This document shows, piece by piece, positions 58,821-64,000 of a stretch of 64,000 nt of DNA (its first letter is position 1; each line of letters begins with the position of its first letter). The position numbers and the translations under genes were made by a program. Where the stretch lies: the NCBI GenBank assembly GCA_038227875.1, contig JBBRPR010000018.1:82106-146105 (forward strand). The letters are read 5' to 3'. The DNA comes from Planctomycetota bacterium. GTDB lineage: Bacteria > Planctomycetota > SZUA-567 > H5-PLA8. The notes below the pieces were generated by a model. It saw only the letters and a program-made list of their open reading frames with translations. It was not told the origin of the DNA and did not search any database.

Positions 58821-58927
58821 GGCCCGACTGTGGTTCAAAGCGAAACGTCTCCGATCACGGTGTTACAGCTGGCCGGCAAGGTAGCACGCAGTGGGCCAGA
58901 GATCAAGCTGCGGCATTTCCGATCACT

Positions 58928-61876
58928 TCACTGCGTCGGCACCCACGTATCGTCGGGGTCGAACTCGGTCATTGCGTCCACCAGCCTGGCGGTGTCAGCG
59001 CCGAGATCTTTCTGAAAGATGGTGCCGTTGTTGTTGATGATGAACGTGTCGCGGCCGGTGCTGTCATACGCCGCCGGGTAAGCGACGAACGCGTAGCCGA
59101 GCGTCATGTGGCCGTTGACGACGTAGTTCCGCTGGCCACCGGTAGCGTGCGCGCCTTGAGCTTTGAGCACTTTGAACAGGTAACCGGCTTTCGGTGTGGC
59201 CTTGTCCGATGGCATTTCGGCGTTGGCCATCGTCCGGTCAATCAGCGCGAGGTCGCCGGTGCCGGGTTTGGTTTCCAGGAGGTCACGCATTGTTTGGGCG
59301 TATTCAAGCACACCATCCTTGTTGTAATCGGTGCGGTGGTAGATCTCCTGCGCTTCGGCGTAAGCCTTGCAACACGCGGCGGCGGCCGTTTCGTTGGCGG
59401 CCATGCGCGAGCGGAGCAGACTGGGAATGGCAATCGCCGCAACGATCGCCGTGCCGGCGACGACCATCGTCGGGTTGATTCCCATCGCCGTCACCGGTCC
59501 GGGCGGCGGCAGTTCCGAGCGCCAGTAAATGCCATCGGCGCCCAGCGTGGCCAGCGCGCCCTTGGGCTGGCGGTACTTGATGAAGAATCCTTCGTCGGGC
59601 CACAGTCCCAGATCGATGGTATTGGCGATGGCCAGCACCGCTTTTCCGGACGGCCGCGCGATGAACTGTTCGAATTCATTGCCCTGCGCGCGGGGCAGAT
59701 CGATGGCGGGGCGGCCTTCTTCGTTCGTTTCGGCCCAGGAATTATCGGGATCGAATTCCTTGGTGGCCTTTACGGCCTCCGCGGTGCCCGCGCCCAGGTC
59801 CTTCGAGAAGACCACGCCGCTGCTGTTGATCATGAACGTCTGCTTGCCGCTCACACCGTATTCCGCCGGGTAAGCAAGCAACGCATAGCCGAGCGTCATG
59901 TTGCCGTCGACGACGTACGATTTCGCGCCGCCCGTTGCGTGCGAACCTTGCGCCTTAAGCACCTTGAAGCGATAGCCATGCTTGGAGGTTTTGACGCCCG
60001 GGTCGCCTTCGGCCTGGCCCATCGATCGATCGATTAACGCCAGATCACCGGCGCCGGCCTTCTGTTCCAGCAGGCTGTTGTCGCCCTGCAGCGCGGGTGA
60101 ATATTTCAGCACGCCGTTGCCGGTGTAATCGGTACGGTGGTAAATCTCTTCGGCTTCGGCGAACGCCTTGCAGGCGCCGATCGCCGCCGTTTCGTTGCGT
60201 GCGAGTTCGTCGCCGTTGGCCTTCGCCTCGCCGGGCATCGCCGGAATTTCCGCCAGCCCGCCGATCGCCGCGACACCGGAGCTCAACCCCAGCGCCGTGA
60301 TCAGCAGCGTGCCGGAGCCAGAGCCCTTGTCGATGCTGTAGCCGAAACTCGCCGGCAGCGCTTTGGGATCAAACGGCTTGCCGGTCAGTCGCGCGATTGT
60401 CTCTTGAAAACCCTTGTTGGAGAGAATGTCGGTGTTCGCTTCGAGCTGTTCGATGCCGCGCTTGGCCGCGTTGTAAGACGTGCAGACCAGCAGCCGGTTG
60501 CCAATCACCGTCATCGCCAGTTTGCTCCCGAGGCTCTGCCCGGTGAGGTAGTAGATGTGCTTGCCCTTGTAATCGAGCTTGAGGAAACGGCCGACGATCA
60601 GGTCGACGAGTTCCTTGGGCTGCGCGTTCTGCTGCGTCGCCATCTCCAGCGCCTGGTTGAGCGCGTTGCCGAGCTTCTGGAGGCACTCTTCGACTTTCGC
60701 CGGATCCTTGGCGGGAATCGAGATCACCAATCCCGGCGCGAACGAGAGCGGCACGCCGGTGTCGACGGACGTCTGCGTCGTGACGATTTCGCCGCCGAGA
60801 TTTTCCATCAAGTCCTTCTGCAGATCGAAGCCGAGCACCTGGCGGCTCATCGCCTGCAGCTTTTCAAATTGCTTCGCTTCATCGGGAACGGTGGCAGTCA
60901 GCGACTGAACGAAGGGCAGGATGCCTTTGAGATCGATGAAACTGCCCGCGACGAACGGCGCGTCCGCCGGCGCGATCTTCAGCGCTTCGGCGCTGATCGG
61001 CGTCTGCGTGGCGCAGAGCGAGAACAGATCGTGGTCCGGTGGCGCCGTGAAGCTGACGAATGCTTCAAGAATTGGATCGGTGCTGCTGAAGCCCATGCCC
61101 ATGCCGACGCCGTTGACGTTGCTCACGCCCAGGGATTTCAGCAGCGACTTCATCAGCACGGGGTTGCCGCCGGCTTTGAATTCCGGGCTGGCGAGGATGG
61201 CATCGGCCGTCTTCTGCGGCGCGGCATAGAGCATCACCGCCGAGGCGGCGAGCTTCGCGCGCACCGCTTTAAAGCCGGTCGTCGTGGACAACGACGTGGC
61301 GCGCGCCGCTGCGTCCTTCATGCGCGCGAGTGCGGGTTGAACATCGGACTGCGGCACGCAGAGGACGATGCGCCCGCCGGAATAAGCCAGCGAACCGTCC
61401 TGGTCGTTGCCGCCCAGGGGCATCACCAGTCCTTCGACCAGCATCTGGCGCAGTTGCTGCGGCAACAAGCGCTTGAATGCTTCGGGATCCTTGGGCGCGA
61501 GCGTAACGACCACGCCGACGGGCGGATTGCCTTGCCGCGTATACACGCACGCCGCGATTTCGCTGCCGAATAGTCCGGAGTCGATATCTTCCGGCGCGGG
61601 AAGCAGCGGATTTTTCTTGCGCAGCTCGCCATAGGTCTTGCGGATTTCCCCCAGCGCCGGCGCTAGAAACGCCTGCATCTCCGGCTGCGCGTACATTTCC
61701 GCCAGGCGTGTTTTTGCCGCGGCCGCGCGCGTGGATGCCAGATCGGGAATGATCAGCGCCGCGATCGTGCTTTCCGGAAAGAGATCTTCGGCCTTGGGCT
61801 TCTCTTCGGCGGCTCGAATGGAGCTCACCAGAAACGCGCAGAGTACCAGAGCGGACAAGCGTGAAATACGGGACAT
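58928..61876 (-). CDS. Exported protein with DUF3352-like N-region and two pilin-like/DUF2950-like repeats
   Basis: Signal peptide (IRA); two copies of NETAA..CK..AEA.EIYHRTDY..GV..Y...GY.FKVLKAQG.HATGG...MTLGYA..AYPA.Y...G..TF.IN..G..F.KDLG. Confidence 0.8.
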   Translation of the reverse strand: MSRISRLSALVLCAFLVSSIRAAEEKPKAEDLFPESTIAALIIPDLASTRAAAAKTRLAEMYAQPEMQAFLAPALGEIRKTYGELRKKNPLLPAPEDIDSGLFGSEIAACVYTRQGNPPVGVVVTLAPKDPEAFKRLLPQQLRQMLVEGLVMPLGGNDQDGSLAYSGGRIVLCVPQSDVQPALARMKDAAARATSLSTTTGFKAVRAKLAASAVMLYAAPQKTADAILASPEFKAGGNPVLMKSLLKSLGVSNVNGVGMGMGFSSTDPILEAFVSFTAPPDHDLFSLCATQTPISAEALKIAPADAPFVAGSFIDLKGILPFVQSLTATVPDEAKQFEKLQAMSRQVLGFDLQKDLMENLGGEIVTTQTSVDTGVPLSFAPGLVISIPAKDPAKVEECLQKLGNALNQALEMATQQNAQPKELVDLIVGRFLKLDYKGKHIYYLTGQSLGSKLAMTVIGNRLLVCTSYNAAKRGIEQLEANTDILSNKGFQETIARLTGKPFDPKALPASFGYSIDKGSGSGTLLITALGLSSGVAAIGGLAEIPAMPGEAKANGDELARNETAAIGACKAFAEAEEIYHRTDYTGNGVLKYSPALQGDNSLLEQKAGAGDLALIDRSMGQAEGDPGVKTSKHGYRFKVLKAQGSHATGGAKSYVVDGNMTLGYALLAYPAEYGVSGKQTFMINSSGVVFSKDLGAGTAEAVKATKEFDPDNSWAETNEEGRPAIDLPRAQGNEFEQFIARPSGKAVLAIANTIDLGLWPDEGFFIKYRQPKGALATLGADGIYWRSELPPPGPVTAMGINPTMVVAGTAIVAAIAIPSLLRSRMAANETAAAACCKAYAEAQEIYHRTDYNKDGVLEYAQTMRDLLETKPGTGDLALIDRTMANAEMPSDKATPKAGYLFKVLKAQGAHATGGQRNYVVNGHMTLGYAFVAYPAAYDSTGRDTFIINNNGTIFQKDLGADTARLVDAMTEFDPDDTWVPTQ

Positions 61877-61891
61877 GCATCCTCCATTTTT

Positions 61892-62008
61892 GTGGTCCGG
61901 GCGTCCCGCCCGGTCGGTCTTAAAATTGGAACCTCATTCTTCCCGCCAATACAACTCTTGCAAGCGGGACTCCGTCCGTCGCAGACCGGGCAGAATGCCC
62001 GGACCACG
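61892..62008. repeat. REPIN-like element family A, copy 2
   Basis: GTGGTCCGGGCGTCCCGCCCGG ... CCGGGCAGAATGCCCGGACCAC. Confidence 0.8.
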
Positions 62009-62010
62009 AA

Positions 62011-63057
62011 CTACCATTCGACTTTGACTTTCTTCCCGGTCTTCGCGCTTTCGACGGAGGCCAGACACATCGCCAGACTCTTGATGTTGTCCGTGCACAC
62101 CGTCTGCGGCGTCTTGCCGCTCTTCACGCACTGAATGAATTCCTCGAGCACGCCTTCGTGCTGGCTGAATTCCAGCGGCTGCGACGGAATCGGCACATCC
62201 TTAACCGGGCGGGTGAAGCCCTGGTCACCGCAGACGACCTGCGCCTTCGGGTCGCTGGCGCCGTCCCATATAATGGAGCCGTTGACGCCCACCGCGCGCC
62301 AGGTCGATTCCCAGCTGGTGTTGAAGCCGGCCGCCGCCCACGAACCGCGGTAGGTGAAGACGATGCCGTTGGTCATCTCGTAGATACAGATGGCCGCCGC
62401 GTTGCCTTTGTACCAGCTGCCATGCGGATTGAATTCGTGGCAGTAGACGGAGACGGGATCGGCACCGCTGATCAAGCGCGCCTGATCGAACGTGTGGATG
62501 GCCATGTCGACGATCAGCACGTTGTCCATCGCGTCGCGGAAGCCGCCGAAATGCGCGCCGATGAAGAAGTCGGCGTCGAGCGTGGAGAGTTGGCCGATAA
62601 CGTTGTTCTTCACCGCATTGCTGAAGGCGATGATGTTGCCCGCGTGGCGGCGGTTCTGCGTGACCATGTAGAGGCGCTTGGTCTCCGCCGCGAGTTTGCA
62701 CATTTCGCGCGCGTGCGGCAGCGTGTCGCTCAAGGGCTTTTCACCCAGCACGTGGCAGCCGGCGCGGAGCGCTTCGGTGGTGACGGCGTAATGCGCGCCG
62801 GGGATGGTGATGTCGAAGACGGCGTCCGGCTTGGCCTGTTTCAGCGCGTCGCCGAGCGAATCGTAGACGACCGAGGCGGGGAGGTTGAATTTCTTCGCCG
62901 TGTCTTCAGCCGCCTGCCTGCGGATATCGACAAGCCCGACGACCTGCAATCCCGGCTTCTTAATCGAGCGTTCGACCCACCCCTGAGCCATGCCGCCGCA
63001 GCCGACTTGAACCACGCGAATCGGACCGGAGCCGGAGAACTTTTCGAAAGCAGACAT
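62011..63057 (-). CDS. Gfo/Idh/MocA family oxidoreductase
   Basis: VGCGGMA, HVLGEKPL, QNRR, DMAIHTFD. Confidence 0.95.
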   Translation of the reverse strand: MSAFEKFSGSGPIRVVQVGCGGMAQGWVERSIKKPGLQVVGLVDIRRQAAEDTAKKFNLPASVVYDSLGDALKQAKPDAVFDITIPGAHYAVTTEALRAGCHVLGEKPLSDTLPHAREMCKLAAETKRLYMVTQNRRHAGNIIAFSNAVKNNVIGQLSTLDADFFIGAHFGGFRDAMDNVLIVDMAIHTFDQARLISGADPVSVYCHEFNPHGSWYKGNAAAICIYEMTNGIVFTYRGSWAAAGFNTSWESTWRAVGVNGSIIWDGASDPKAQVVCGDQGFTRPVKDVPIPSQPLEFSQHEGVLEEFIQCVKSGKTPQTVCTDNIKSLAMCLASVESAKTGKKVKVEW

Positions 63058-63372
63058 CAGATCGTTCCTTTCACAAAAAGGTTAACTTTTATTTGGAACG
63101 GTAAAGATTAGGGCAATGGGCGCCGGTAGCAAGGTGGAATGGATCTCTTCTGGATTGCGGTCGGGTTCGTCGCGGCGTGTTGTGCTTGGCTAAATTGGGA
63201 TTAGGGAATCGGGATTCGGGATTCGCCGCATCCTCGCGGGGCGATGTTTCAAAATGTTACCAAATGTTACATGGATTGGGGTCGATTTTCTGGGTGGTCA
63301 CCGGGTGCCACCTTGGACGTCGCGATTGCAATTTGGATCATGAGCGTTGTCTTGGAATTTGACCGTTGGAGT

Positions 63373-63400
63373 GTGCCACTGGTGGCTTGTCCACCAGTGC
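63373..63400 (+). repeat. Short GTGC-REP-like palindrome
   Basis: GTGC-CACTGGTGG-cttgt-CCACCAGTG-C, same GTGC-CAC...GTG-C frame as family B. Confidence 0.6.
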
Positions 63401-63487
63401 GAACTCGCGGACCGAGGTGGTTGGTTCGTGATGTTTTGAAGCGCGGGGCGGGTGCAGTTGCAGTTGCTCACCGTTGCTGTTGATGCA

Positions 63488-63712
63488 GTTGCTTGCCACC
63501 AACCTTTAGGTGGTGGTCCGGGTTTCCTAAATGATTTTGTTGAGCCGGCTTCAGCCGGCTTTTTGATGTTGCTCGGGGGCTTTGAACAGGGAATGGACGT
63601 CGTTCATTTGGAGATTTCAGTGTTCTCGAGCAACTGCCGGAAAGCCGGCTGAAGCCGGCTGGTTGGTGCCCAGAGGGATGGCAACCCCCACTTGAAAGTG
63701 GGGGCAAGCAAC
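63488..63712. repeat. Symmetric nested-palindrome element (MITE/REPIN-like, family D)
   Basis: Ends GTTGCTTGCC/GGCAAGCAAC; perfect 20-bp inner inverted repeat at 63543-63562 and 63641-63660; flanking GCAGTT/GCAACG hexamers. Confidence 0.75.
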
Positions 63713-63884
63713 GGCTTGAACGGCAACGGCAAGCAACTGCAACGGCAACTGCGATGCTTGGAGGTGCGCAAGATGCTGGGCGACGGCTATTTGGTTTTCA
63801 AAGATCGGACGGCACGGATAGTTTTGAGGTTTGAATTTTTAGTTTTGAGTTAACAGCACGCGCTTCGAAATTCGAGAGCGCTTC

Positions 63885-63940
63885 GCACGGATGAACGGAC
63901 ATTTTCGCTTCGCTCTAATGTCCGCGCATCCGTGGCACCA
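63885..63940 (-). repeat. Family B GTGC-REP-like hairpin, copy 3
   Basis: GCACGGATGAAC-GGACATT-TTCGCTTCGCTCT-AATGTCC-GCGCATCCGTGGCACCA. Confidence 0.85.
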
Positions 63941-64000
63941 TCGTTATCCAGGGCCATGCGCAGCAGCGCTGGGTGTGGCGTTGGAATTACTGATTTGCGA

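Noticed and set aside
63177..63707. Short ORFs or a CRISPR array in the terminal region
   Set aside because: The ORFs run through palindromic repeats without motifs; the repeats are inverted and heterogeneous, lack regular spacers, and no cas gene is present.

Overview
GC-rich bacterial chromosomal window, most consistent with a Planctomycetota-type genome. That assignment is an inference from orphan secretin paralogues, PKD surface proteins, a Hanks-type kinase, an ECF/anti-sigma module and DUF2950-like repeats. It holds about 45 genes. Housekeeping and metabolic genes include serS, scpB, lpxH, an M42 peptidase, a PLP aminotransferase, an S41 protease, a SRAP protein, a deoxyhypusine-synthase-like enzyme, two CPA2 antiporters, catalase with a divergent OxyR, two 2-hydroxyacid dehydrogenases, GH88 and two AraC-enzyme pairs. 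Envelope genes include two tandem secretin-like proteins, a stand-alone STN-like protein, two PKD proteins, head-to-head ArnT-like GT-C paralogues and a beta-helix lipoprotein. There is also a double hybrid histidine kinase. I saw no tRNA, rRNA, CRISPR array, transposase or phage gene. Best leads: (1) an unannotated 30-codon Ser-rich ORF with an alternative RNA helix upstream of serS, a candidate serine-sensing attenuator; (2) a CutF/CruR-like Cys-rich, PPPRA-ending leader gene ahead of an outer-membrane barrel and a SCO protein; (3) a GTGC-REP-like hairpin family whose inner stem changes sequence between copies but keeps its pairing; (4) orphan tandem secretins with possible dispersed partners and cargo. 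All family assignments were made by eye from motifs; no searches were run.
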